Shown here piece by piece: positions 7,843-15,548 of a stretch of 31,546 nt of DNA (position 1 is its first letter; each line of letters starts with the position of its first letter). The position numbers were made by a program, and so were the translations under genes. The notes below the pieces were generated by a model. That model was not told where the DNA came from. It searched no databases and saw only the letters and a program-made list of their open reading frames with translations. Source of the stretch: a virus (lineage: Duplodnaviria; Caudoviricetes); IMG/VR virus record IMGVR_UViG_3300022158_000006, positions 1 through 31,546 of that record. The stretch is one strand, 5' to 3'.

Positions 7843-8245
7843 TGTACACAAGTGGGAGAAAGCAGTAATAGCAGTTCTTAATTTTGATGGATGGGATCTG
7901 CAATGGTGTGGAGGTGGCTATGAGCATTACGATGCTGTGGGTGCAACTCCTAAAGGAAACGAGTGTGTAATAGAGATGAAGTTTAGAACTACATACTATG
8001 ACACTAAGATGCTAGAGAAATACAAATACGATCAGCTAATGGATATGCCTGCTGATATGGTTAAGCTATACTTTGTTAATGATCCTAAAGCTAATTATCT
8101 CTTTTGGCTTAATGAGATAGCTATGCCTGAGCCAGTAGAAATGTACTGCCCTGATACTACATTATGGACTAAGAGCAGAACAACAAAAGAAGTATATTTG
8201 TTAGAAGAGAGTCAAGCAACTATAATGAACCTAAACAATGAGTGA
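7829..8245 (+). CDS. PD-(D/E)XK family nuclease-like protein
   Basis: YDA...VIEMKFR catalytic-type pattern. Confidence 0.6.
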   Translation: MRLSDVHKWEKAVIAVLNFDGWDLQWCGGGYEHYDAVGATPKGNECVIEMKFRTTYYDTKMLEKYKYDQLMDMPADMVKLYFVNDPKANYLFWLNEIAMPEPVEMYCPDTTLWTKSRTTKEVYLLEESQATIMNLNNE

Positions 8246-8531
8246 TACAGTTACTAAGTATTTTGAGATGTTAGAAGCAGGAGGCTATATAACAGACACT
8301 ACTGATGCTTTTATGATAGAGAAAGACCCTATAGTAGAAGCAGTAAAGTTTGAGCTAGATCAGAGAAGCAGAAGAGGAGTGCAAAAATACGGCACTACAC
8401 TCTATGACAGCAATGAGCCTTTAGAAGAGTGGCTGCAACACGCTAAGGAAGAAGCCTTAGACTTTGCTTGCTACTGTCAAAAGATGATAACTAAACTTAA
8501 AAACGAAAAGTATGCCAATTCCAAAGCCTAA
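8238..8531 (+). CDS. Hypothetical protein, possible all-alpha NTP pyrophosphohydrolase fold
   Basis: R...G..KYGTTL and WLQHAKEEALD..Y acidic helix. Confidence 0.5.
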   Translation: MSDTVTKYFEMLEAGGYITDTTDAFMIEKDPIVEAVKFELDQRSRRGVQKYGTTLYDSNEPLEEWLQHAKEEALDFACYCQKMITKLKNEKYANSKA

Positions 8532-8652
8532 AGCAGAAGAGCAGCAGAAAGACTACATACAAAGATGTATGAGCAACTCTACTATGAGAGCTGAGTATCC
8601 TGATGAGCAGCAGAGGTTAGCAGTATGCTATACCATATTTAGAAAAAAATAA
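8512..8652 (+). CDS. Small hypothetical protein (46 aa)
   Basis: Hand-translated MPIPKPKAEEQQKDYIQRCMSNSTMRAEYPDEQQRLAVCYTIFRKK. Confidence 0.7.
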   Translation: MPIPKPKAEEQQKDYIQRCMSNSTMRAEYPDEQQRLAVCYTIFRKK

Positions 8653-8675
8653 TTTTTTTTTAAAGAAAACTTATT

Positions 8676-8683
8676 TATATTTG
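8676..8683 (+). promoter_or_regulatory. Bacteroidota-type -7 promoter element
   Basis: TATATTTG in an AT-rich gap upstream of ATG 8701. Confidence 0.55.
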
Positions 8684-8700
8684 TTAAAAAATACAACATT

Positions 8701-8994
8701 ATGATACAATCAAGAACTGATAAGGAAACTACTTATCTAAAATTAGAAACTCTTGAGGATATTAAGTATATGAATAACTTCAACTTAGTGTCCTCTATGC
8801 TTTTAAAGTGGTCTAAGATTAAAAAGAACCCTGACTTAAATTCTATGATGGAGGCTATGAATGAGATAGCTTTCTACAATCTCAAGCTAAAGAGAGAAAG
8901 AGATGACCTATTAGAGATTATCTCCACATATCGAGCTGATAAGATCAGAGCTATTGAAAGAGCTAGAAGATGTGAAGAAAAACTACAGAACTAA
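8701..8994 (+). CDS. Hypothetical protein with C-terminal coiled coil
   Basis: ORF track. Confidence 0.75.
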   Translation: MIQSRTDKETTYLKLETLEDIKYMNNFNLVSSMLLKWSKIKKNPDLNSMMEAMNEIAFYNLKLKRERDDLLEIISTYRADKIRAIERARRCEEKLQN

Positions 8995-9077
8995 TGGGAT
9001 GTGTAATATATATGCTAGCCTTTGGCATTTTTGGATTTGTTATGGGAATAGCAGTAGCATTAAATAATAAAGAGTAA
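8994..9077 (+). CDS. Tiny membrane peptide (27 aa)
   Basis: Hand-translated MGCVIYMLAFGIFGFVMGIAVALNNKE; TAATG coupling; fills the gap. Confidence 0.5.
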   Translation: MGCVIYMLAFGIFGFVMGIAVALNNKE

Positions 9078-9078
9078 G

Positions 9079-9846
9079 ATGATAACATTACTAGATGGAA
9101 CACAGCATAACAAAAAGGAGCTTATAGAGCAGATGCACTCAGATGAGTTCTACTACGGTTACTTATCAAAAGCAGCTCTTAGTAGTTCTTCTTTAAAACT
9201 ATTGCTTACAAGTCCTAAGACGTATTACAATGTTACTAAGTACGGTAATCCTGAAAGTCAAGCACTAAGAGATGGCTGGTTATTTCACACAGCTATACTA
9301 GAGCCTGATGTGTTTGCCTCTCAGATATTTGTAGATGTGGACAGCAAGAACTCTAAGGCTTACAAGTTAGCGAAAGAGGAACACGGTAAGGTGTTTACTA
9401 GAAAGGAAAAGCAAGATGCTGAGAGACTAGCTGATGCCTTTCTAAGAAACGAGAAGGCACTAAAGCTAATACAAGATGCAGAGTTTGAGATACCAATGAT
9501 AGGAGAGGTGATGGGGATGCCTTTTAGAGCTAAAGCAGATGTATTAGGTAATAATAAAATCATTGATTTAAAGTCTACAAGCGATATAAAAGCTTTTCCT
9601 TATAGTGCTAAAAAATATGGATACTCTGTTCAGTGTTATTTATATTGTGAATTATATGGAATAGATTACAAAGACTTCACTTTTATTGCTATGGATAAAG
9701 GAAGTTTAGATGTTGGAATTTTCCATTGCTCAGAAGAATTTTACTTAGATGGAAAAGAAAAAACTATTAAAGCAATAGAAATATATGATACGTATTTTTT
9801 ACAAGCTACAGATTTAGATCAATATTACTTAGAGGGAATATTATGA
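9079..9846 (+). CDS. Exodeoxyribonuclease VIII-like (RecE/DUF3799-type PD-(D/E)XK) exonuclease
   Basis: LSSSSLK.L..SP, G.LFHTAILEP, RAKAD, IIDLKST, Y..Q.Y.Y motifs. Confidence 0.85.
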   Translation: MITLLDGTQHNKKELIEQMHSDEFYYGYLSKAALSSSSLKLLLTSPKTYYNVTKYGNPESQALRDGWLFHTAILEPDVFASQIFVDVDSKNSKAYKLAKEEHGKVFTRKEKQDAERLADAFLRNEKALKLIQDAEFEIPMIGEVMGMPFRAKADVLGNNKIIDLKSTSDIKAFPYSAKKYGYSVQCYLYCELYGIDYKDFTFIAMDKGSLDVGIFHCSEEFYLDGKEKTIKAIEIYDTYFLQATDLDQYYLEGIL

Positions 9847-10109
9847 ACATACTAGAAGAAGCAAATAAAATAGTAAACGAAAGATCAGAAGAAAAAGAAA
9901 GAATGTATGGACCTTTTTCTGAAGGAATGAAAAGAGCTGCTATGATAGCATCTGGAGCTACGGGTAAAGATATTACAGCTAAAGATATGTATATGTGTTT
10001 AGTTGCTTTAAAATTGTCAAGAGAATCATTTAATCATAAAGAAGATAATTTGTTAGACGCGGTAGCATATTTAGCTGCATTAAATAACTATAATAAAGAT
10101 GATTTATAA
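9843..10109 (+). CDS. DUF6378-like protein
   Basis: ILEEA.KIV...R...YG, M..LKLSR, HKEDNLLDAVAY pattern. Confidence 0.65.
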   Translation: MNILEEANKIVNERSEEKERMYGPFSEGMKRAAMIASGATGKDITAKDMYMCLVALKLSRESFNHKEDNLLDAVAYLAALNNYNKDDL

Positions 10110-10731
10110 TAATGCACAAGAAGCTTTTGAGTTTTATTATTCATATATATCTAAGTATGGTGTCAATTTTAATAACACAAAAGCATTGTTTAATCAAAGT
10201 TTTGAAATATTAAATCCATTAGACAATAACATTAAAACAGAGTGGAGAAATTTTTCTATTAAATATGCTAAAAGAGAATGGCAATGGTATTTAAGTGGTG
10301 ATCCTAATGCTAAAAATATAGCTTCTTTTGCTCCTATATGGAATAATATGATGGACAAAAATGGAAATGTTAGGTCAAATTATGGCTGGCAGTGGCAAAG
10401 AAACAATCAATTGTCTAAGGTCATAGATATTTTAAAATCGGACAAAAATAGTAGGCAAGCAGCTATATCTATATATGATGGCAAAGAAATAAACACTTAT
10501 AAATATGATACTCCTTGTACTTATGCTATTCAATTTACTATATTAAATAATAAATTAAATATGAGTGTTTTAATGCGTTCTAATGATTTATGGTATGGAT
10601 TCTGTAATGATCAATATTGTTTTAGCAAATTGCAAGAATTAGTTTGTAAAGAAATAAACATTGAAATAGGAACATATTATCATTTTGCTCACAACTTACA
10701 TATATACAACAAATTTTTAAATAAAAATTAA
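10099..10731 (+). CDS. Thymidylate synthase superfamily enzyme of the dCMP hydroxymethylase type
   Basis: REWQWYLSG, SNYGW, SRQA, catalytic DTPCT, MRSNDLWYGFCND, HNLHIY; Asp at the position of E. coli ThyA Asn177. Confidence 0.8.
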   Translation: MIYNNAQEAFEFYYSYISKYGVNFNNTKALFNQSFEILNPLDNNIKTEWRNFSIKYAKREWQWYLSGDPNAKNIASFAPIWNNMMDKNGNVRSNYGWQWQRNNQLSKVIDILKSDKNSRQAAISIYDGKEINTYKYDTPCTYAIQFTILNNKLNMSVLMRSNDLWYGFCNDQYCFSKLQELVCKEINIEIGTYYHFAHNLHIYNKFLNKN

Positions 10732-11463
10732 ATGTATTATATATATCATATTCCAGAAATAAAAAAAATAGGATGTACTAATGATTTAAAAAACAGAGTA
10801 GAAAAACAACAGGGATATAAAAAATATATAGTATTATATAAAACACCAAGTATTAAAAAAGCATCAGAAAAAGAAATAGAGTTACAAAAAAAATATAATT
10901 ATAAAATAGATATAAATCCTTATTTTAAAGCTAGAAGTATGCAAAGTAAAATATACAAAACATCACACACTACTACATTTATAAATAGCAATAAAGAGAA
11001 CATACATACTTATAATTTTCCAAAATATATAGATGTAAATGAAACAAGAATATATTTAAATGAAGATATGTTAAGGTGGATAAAGAGTAATAATCATAAA
11101 TCTCAATACTCTGAAGAAAGATTTATATATAATCAGTCATTATTTAATTATTATTCAGCTAACAAAAAAAATAATATTTTTGATGATATAAGATCGTGGG
11201 CAAATGAAAGAGGTATATATGATAAAGGGGATCCTAAAACACAATTAATTAAACTATATGAAGAAACAGGAGAACTTGCCCAAGCATTACTTAAAAATGA
11301 TAGAAAAGGTATTATTGATGCTATTGGTGATAGTGTTGTTGTACTTACTAATTTCGCTAAACTTGTCGGTACAGACATTGAAACTTGTATACAGTCTGCT
11401 TATGATGAAATTTCTAATAGAACTGGCGAAATGAAAAATGGTACTTTTGTTAAAAATAAATAA
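10732..11463 (+). CDS. Fusion of an N-terminal GIY-YIG-like domain and a C-terminal MazG-like NTP pyrophosphohydrolase
   Basis: YYIYHI....KIGCTNDL..R at the N-terminus; WANERGI...QLIKLYEETGELA...DAIGD...AYDEI..R.G.M.NGTFVK at the C-terminus. Confidence 0.75.
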   Translation: MYYIYHIPEIKKIGCTNDLKNRVEKQQGYKKYIVLYKTPSIKKASEKEIELQKKYNYKIDINPYFKARSMQSKIYKTSHTTTFINSNKENIHTYNFPKYIDVNETRIYLNEDMLRWIKSNNHKSQYSEERFIYNQSLFNYYSANKKNNIFDDIRSWANERGIYDKGDPKTQLIKLYEETGELAQALLKNDRKGIIDAIGDSVVVLTNFAKLVGTDIETCIQSAYDEISNRTGEMKNGTFVKNK

Positions 11464-11464
11464 T

Positions 11465-11875
11465 ATGACCACTGAAGTAAAAGTAGCTAAGCAGATTAGC
11501 AAGTTAGCAGGATTCGATATCCTAAAGAAAACAAGAAAAAGAGAATACATAGAAGCAAGATCATTACTATTCTATGTTCTTAGTAAGTACTACGAGCAAA
11601 GAAACTGTAGCATTAAGAGGCATATTAAAGTAGGAGGCAAACCACTAAACCACGCTACGATACTACACTCAGTAAAGAGTTTTGAAATATACAGAAGATA
11701 CAACAAGAACTTAGACAAGTGGCTAGATGCTATTACCATAGATGAGGATGACCAAAGCCCTAGAGAGCTAAAGATTAACTACATTAAAAGCAAGCTAGAC
11801 TACTTACTACCTGAAGATATAGACCAGTTAGCAAATCAAGTCAGAGATATGTTTGAAGAAGCCATAATAGAATAA
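11465..11875 (+). CDS. DnaA C-terminal-like HTH DNA-binding protein
   Basis: KTRKREYIEAR...NHATILHSVK signature; ATG 11465. Confidence 0.7.
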   Translation: MTTEVKVAKQISKLAGFDILKKTRKREYIEARSLLFYVLSKYYEQRNCSIKRHIKVGGKPLNHATILHSVKSFEIYRRYNKNLDKWLDAITIDEDDQSPRELKINYIKSKLDYLLPEDIDQLANQVRDMFEEAIIE

Positions 11876-11946
11876 GATAGATTAAACCATTCAGACTTAG
11901 ATATGAGCTATGTGGGCGAGCATTAATTTATACAAATTACACACAA

Positions 11947-12294
11947 ATGAGAGATAAAGAGAAGTTTTTAGAAGTATTTGCCAATAACTTAGGCAATGTG
12001 CAGGACTCTTGCAAAGCAGCAGGCATAGCTAGAAAAACATTCTATAACTGGAAAGATGGTGATGAGGACTTTGCACAAGCAGTAGAAGAAATACAAGAGG
12101 GATTAATAGACTTAGCAGAAAGCAAGCTATTAGAGAACATAAAAAGTGGCAAAACAAATGAGATACTCTTTTACTTAAGAACAAAAGGAAAGTATAGAGG
12201 CTATGTAGAAAGGCAAGAGATAACAGGAGCTGATGGATCACCACATAAAATAGAAATAGAAATTGTCAATAAATTTGAAGATAAGGACGAATAA
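11947..12294 (+). CDS. terS: Terminase small subunit
   Basis: HTH SCKAAGIARKTFYNW, AESKL, FYLRTKGK.RGYVERQE; directly upstream of TerL. Confidence 0.85.
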   Translation: MRDKEKFLEVFANNLGNVQDSCKAAGIARKTFYNWKDGDEDFAQAVEEIQEGLIDLAESKLLENIKSGKTNEILFYLRTKGKYRGYVERQEITGADGSPHKIEIEIVNKFEDKDE

Positions 12295-13423
12295 GGTCTT
12301 TCACTCTCTGCAAAAATCTGATAAAAAGATAGTAGCACATCAGGGAGGGACAAGATCAGGCAAGACCTATAACATCTTGCTTTGGATTATCTTTGACTAT
12401 TGCGACAAGAACACAGACAAGACTATAACAATCTGTAGAAACACTTTTCCTGCTCTTAGAGCCACAGTAATGAGAGACTTCTTAGAAATCCTAAAGAAGC
12501 ATCAGATATACTCAGAGCAATATCATAACAAAACAAACTCAGAATATAAACTCTTTGGAAACCTAGTAGAATTTATCTCTTTAGATTTTCCACAGAAAGT
12601 AAGAGGTAGAAAAAGGGATTTGCTATTCTGTAATGAAGCAAACGAGCTAACATACGAGCAATGGAATCAGTTGGTATTTAGAACAGAGGGTAGGATAATA
12701 ATTGACTTTAACCCATCAGATGAATTTCACTTCATATACGACAAGATACTAACTAGAGATGACTGCGACTTCTACATAACTAACTACACAGATAATCCTT
12801 TCTTAGATCCTAGCTTAGTAGAGGAAATAGAAAGGCTAAAAGAAACAGATGAGCAGTACTGGCAGATATATGGACTAGGACTTAAAGGGATAAGCAAAGC
12901 TACTATATTTACTTTTACAGAAGGCAAGAGACCTGAGGATGCACAGCTAGTAGGATATGGTATGGATATAGGATATTCTGTTGATCCTAGCAGCTTAGTT
13001 GAGGTATATCAAAAAGACTACACACTCTACTGCAAGGAGCTGCTCTATAGAACAATGATGACCACAACAGACATTCATAGATTCCTACAAGAGCAAAACC
13101 TAGAGGAATATGTTTACATAGATTCAGCAGAGCCTAGATTGATAGAGGAACTCAGAAGAATGGGCAATATGGTAAGACCCACAATAAAAGGGCAAGATAG
13201 TATTAGAGCAGGAATCGACTTACTAAAGAGATACAAGCTAGTTATAGACCCTCAGAGCGACAATCTAATAAGAGAGATGCGTAACTATAAGTGGCAAGAA
13301 GATCGTACAGGAAAGCTGCTTAATAAGCCTCAGCAAGGTAATGACCACACTATTGATAGTTTAAGATATGCTACATATAACATCCTCTCTAGACCTAACT
13401 ATGGAAAATATGCAGTAAGCTAA
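12263..13423 (+). CDS. terL: Terminase large subunit (PBSX/XtmB-like); start may be TTG 12275
   Basis: Walker A GGTRSGKT, Walker B FCNEANE, DFNP, nuclease GMDIGY, DSAEP, NDHTIDSLRY. Confidence 0.93.
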   Translation: MSINLKIRTNKVFHSLQKSDKKIVAHQGGTRSGKTYNILLWIIFDYCDKNTDKTITICRNTFPALRATVMRDFLEILKKHQIYSEQYHNKTNSEYKLFGNLVEFISLDFPQKVRGRKRDLLFCNEANELTYEQWNQLVFRTEGRIIIDFNPSDEFHFIYDKILTRDDCDFYITNYTDNPFLDPSLVEEIERLKETDEQYWQIYGLGLKGISKATIFTFTEGKRPEDAQLVGYGMDIGYSVDPSSLVEVYQKDYTLYCKELLYRTMMTTTDIHRFLQEQNLEEYVYIDSAEPRLIEELRRMGNMVRPTIKGQDSIRAGIDLLKRYKLVIDPQSDNLIREMRNYKWQEDRTGKLLNKPQQGNDHTIDSLRYATYNILSRPNYGKYAVS

Positions 13424-13494
13424 AAAAAAAGTTATTTTTATTTGTTAATTAAAAAAATAGTTATAAATTAGCTATAACATTAAAAACAAGTATT

Positions 13495-13638
13495 ATGAAA
13501 AACTACGATTGGACACCTGACAGAGAGCTAACACCTCCTGATGTTTACGAGAGAGAATGCTGCGAATGTGGCAGACCTATAAGCGATTATAGCGATTACT
13601 GGTGCAGCGATGCCTGCTTTGAAGCAAGTTTATTATAA
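13495..13638 (+). CDS. Small zinc-finger protein (47 aa)
   Basis: Hand-translated MKNYDWTPDRELTPPDVYERECCECGRPISDYSDYWCSDACFEASLL; CxxC...CSxxC. Confidence 0.7.
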   Translation: MKNYDWTPDRELTPPDVYERECCECGRPISDYSDYWCSDACFEASLL

Positions 13639-13649
13639 ATTAAAGTATT

Positions 13650-13748
13650 ATGAAAGATTACATTTTTTTAACCACACCTTTTTTCATTTTGACCTTCATC
13701 TTTCTACTGCTTTGTAAATTTGCAGATAGCTTGATGGGAATAGGTTGA
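13650..13748 (+). CDS. Small membrane peptide (32 aa)
   Basis: Hand-translated MKDYIFLTTPFFILTFIFLLLCKFADSLMGIG; same AAGTATTATGAAA start context as 13495. Confidence 0.55.
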   Translation: MKDYIFLTTPFFILTFIFLLLCKFADSLMGIG

Positions 13749-13774
13749 TTTTTGTTTTTGTTTAATTGGGGAAG

Positions 13775-13804
13775 AGAGCAGCAGAAATGTTGCTCTTTTT
13801 TTTT
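13775..13804 (+). terminator. Rho-independent terminator
   Basis: AGAGCAGCA-GAAA-TGTTGCTCT followed by a T-run. Confidence 0.85.
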
Positions 13805-13807
13805 ATT

Positions 13808-13841
13808 TTTAAAAAAAACTTGATTTATACGTTATATAGAT
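13808..13841 (+). promoter_or_regulatory. Putative late promoter, copy with degenerate upstream box
   Basis: CGTTATATA at 13830-13838, 3 nt before ATG 13842. Confidence 0.65.
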
Positions 13842-14492
13842 ATGAAGATAGATATTACAGTACCTGATAAACTTTCTGAGATTACTCTAGGACAGTATCA
13901 GAAATTCTTAAAGATACAGAAGGAGTCAGAAGATGAGAGATTCCTATCCTCCAAGATGATAGAGATCTTTTGCAATGTTAATTTGTCAAAGGTGATGAAC
14001 CTAAAGCTATCAGATGTGAATGGCATCTGTAGTATCTTATCAGATATGTTTAATGAAAAGCCTGCACTTAGACGTAGATTCTTTTTAAATGGAGTGGAGT
14101 ATGGGTTTGTGCCGAACTTAGAAGATATATCTTTTGGGGAGTATGTAGATCTTGATAACTATTTGTCGGACTGGGAGATGATGGACAAAGCTATGGGAGT
14201 TCTATACAGACCTATTAAGACTAAATACGGAGAAAGATATTCTATTGAGGAGTATAATGCTAGTGATACTGGGGTAATGAAAGATATGCCATTAGATGCT
14301 GCTCTAGGTGCTGTGCTTTTTTTTTATCATTTAGGGATAGACTTATCAACGACTATTCTGAACTATTTGGAACACAAGGAGGAGACAGCTTTACAGCAGT
14401 ATCTCAATTTAGCAGGAAGTGGGGATGGTATCAATCTATTTACACGCTCGCTCAAGGAGATGTTACAAGATATGAAGATATCACTCAACTAA
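13842..14492 (+). CDS. Putative tail assembly chaperone (zero-frame product)
   Basis: ITLGQYQ and ISFGEYVD motifs; internal T9 slippery site; first gene of the tail operon. Confidence 0.65.
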   Translation: MKIDITVPDKLSEITLGQYQKFLKIQKESEDERFLSSKMIEIFCNVNLSKVMNLKLSDVNGICSILSDMFNEKPALRRRFFLNGVEYGFVPNLEDISFGEYVDLDNYLSDWEMMDKAMGVLYRPIKTKYGERYSIEEYNASDTGVMKDMPLDAALGAVLFFYHLGIDLSTTILNYLEHKEETALQQYLNLAGSGDGINLFTRSLKEMLQDMKISLN

Positions 14493-14578
14493 ACGTACAT
14501 AAAGCACTATTAGCATTGTCATTCATAAAAGAAAAATCAGAATTAGAATCTAAACAAATAAAAAGCAAGTTCAAATGA
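14324..14578 (+). CDS. -1 frameshift extension of the 13842 gene (fusion about 245 aa)
   Basis: ATG-less -1 frame open for 84 codons from the T9 run: LSFRDRLINDYSELFG...KWGWYQSIYTLAQGDV...KSKFK; stop overlaps the next ATG. Confidence 0.75.
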   Translation, partial: LSFRDRLINDYSELFGTQGGDSFTAVSQFSRKWGWYQSIYTLAQGDVTRYEDITQLNVHKALLALSFIKEKSELESKQIKSKFK

Positions 14579-15045
14579 GTTATCAAGCAGCAAGAGGCTT
14601 TTATTTAATAACAAACCTTATAGAGGATTTACTTATAGCAGATGAATACATCAACACAGTTACTTATGGAGACATCTCTGATGTAGATCTAAACAAACAG
14701 ACTATCTTTCCTTTAGGACACCTTATAGTAAACTCTATTACATCCTCAGAGCAGACACTTACTTTTAATGTTAGCATCTTAGCTATGGACTTAGTTAATG
14801 TAGAGAAGAAGCCAACTACAAACTGGTTTAGAGGTAATACGAATGAGCAAGATGTGCTTAATGCTCAATTCAAGGTACTTAATAAACTACTGCAAAAGAT
14901 AAGAATAGGAGACCTTTACAGAGAGGGTTATCAGATTATAGGAGATGTATCATTTGAGCCTTTTACAGATAGATTTGAAAACCTATTAGCAGGATGGGCA
15001 GCTACATTTGATATAATGATTAACAATGACCAATCTGTTTGCTAA
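14575..15045 (+). CDS. Putative tail terminator/completion protein
   Basis: Size, position, FPLGHL and PFTDRFEN.LAGW motifs. Confidence 0.55.
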   Translation: MSYQAARGFYLITNLIEDLLIADEYINTVTYGDISDVDLNKQTIFPLGHLIVNSITSSEQTLTFNVSILAMDLVNVEKKPTTNWFRGNTNEQDVLNAQFKVLNKLLQKIRIGDLYREGYQIIGDVSFEPFTDRFENLLAGWAATFDIMINNDQSVC

Positions 15046-15548
15046 TGCAGCTAAAGAATACCAAAGATGAGCTAAACAAGTTTGCTAAGTATGTGATACA
15101 GCAAGCTAGGACTAATCTGTCTAAGCAAAAGAAAAATGTTTCTAGCGACTTATACGGCTCTCTAGGATATGATTTAAACGTATCAGCTAATAGCTTTTCT
15201 TTAGAGTTCTATATGCTGCCTTATGGAGCTTATGTAGATAAGGGGGTATCAGGTACAAAGAAGAAGTATAACACGATATTTTCTTTTACTAATAAACAGC
15301 CTCCTTCTGAGCCTTTAGCTAAGTGGGCAAAAGCTAAGAATATCAGATTAAGAGATGAGAAAGGAAGATATACTAAGGGAACATACAAAAGCATAGGATT
15401 TATTCTAGCAAGATCTATTAAGGAGAAAGGCATTAAGCCTTCTTTGTTTTTTACTAAGCCTTTTGAGAAAGCCTTTGAGAGACTTCCTGCTGACCTTATA
15501 GATAAATTCAATTTAGATTTAGATGACTTATTAGATTTTACGACATAA
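15045..15548 (+). CDS. Putative neck/tail completion protein (HK97 gp10-like)
   Basis: Basic; L..SL, YGAYVDKG, PP, GIKP..FF motifs; ATG 15045. Confidence 0.6.
   Translation: MQLKNTKDELNKFAKYVIQQARTNLSKQKKNVSSDLYGSLGYDLNVSANSFSLEFYMLPYGAYVDKGVSGTKKKYNTIFSFTNKQPPSEPLAKWAKAKNIRLRDEKGRYTKGTYKSIGFILARSIKEKGIKPSLFFTKPFEKAFERLPADLIDKFNLDLDDLLDFTT

Noticed and set aside
10099-10731. Ordinary thyA annotation
   Set aside because: The specificity position is Asp rather than Asn and the motifs fit dCMP hydroxymethylases better; not excluded without an assay
13715-13722. TAAATTTG as promoter of a second sRNA ending at the 13775 terminator
   Set aside because: Lies inside the 32-aa ORF, the upstream TTTG spacing is longer than at the other sites, and no clear target was found
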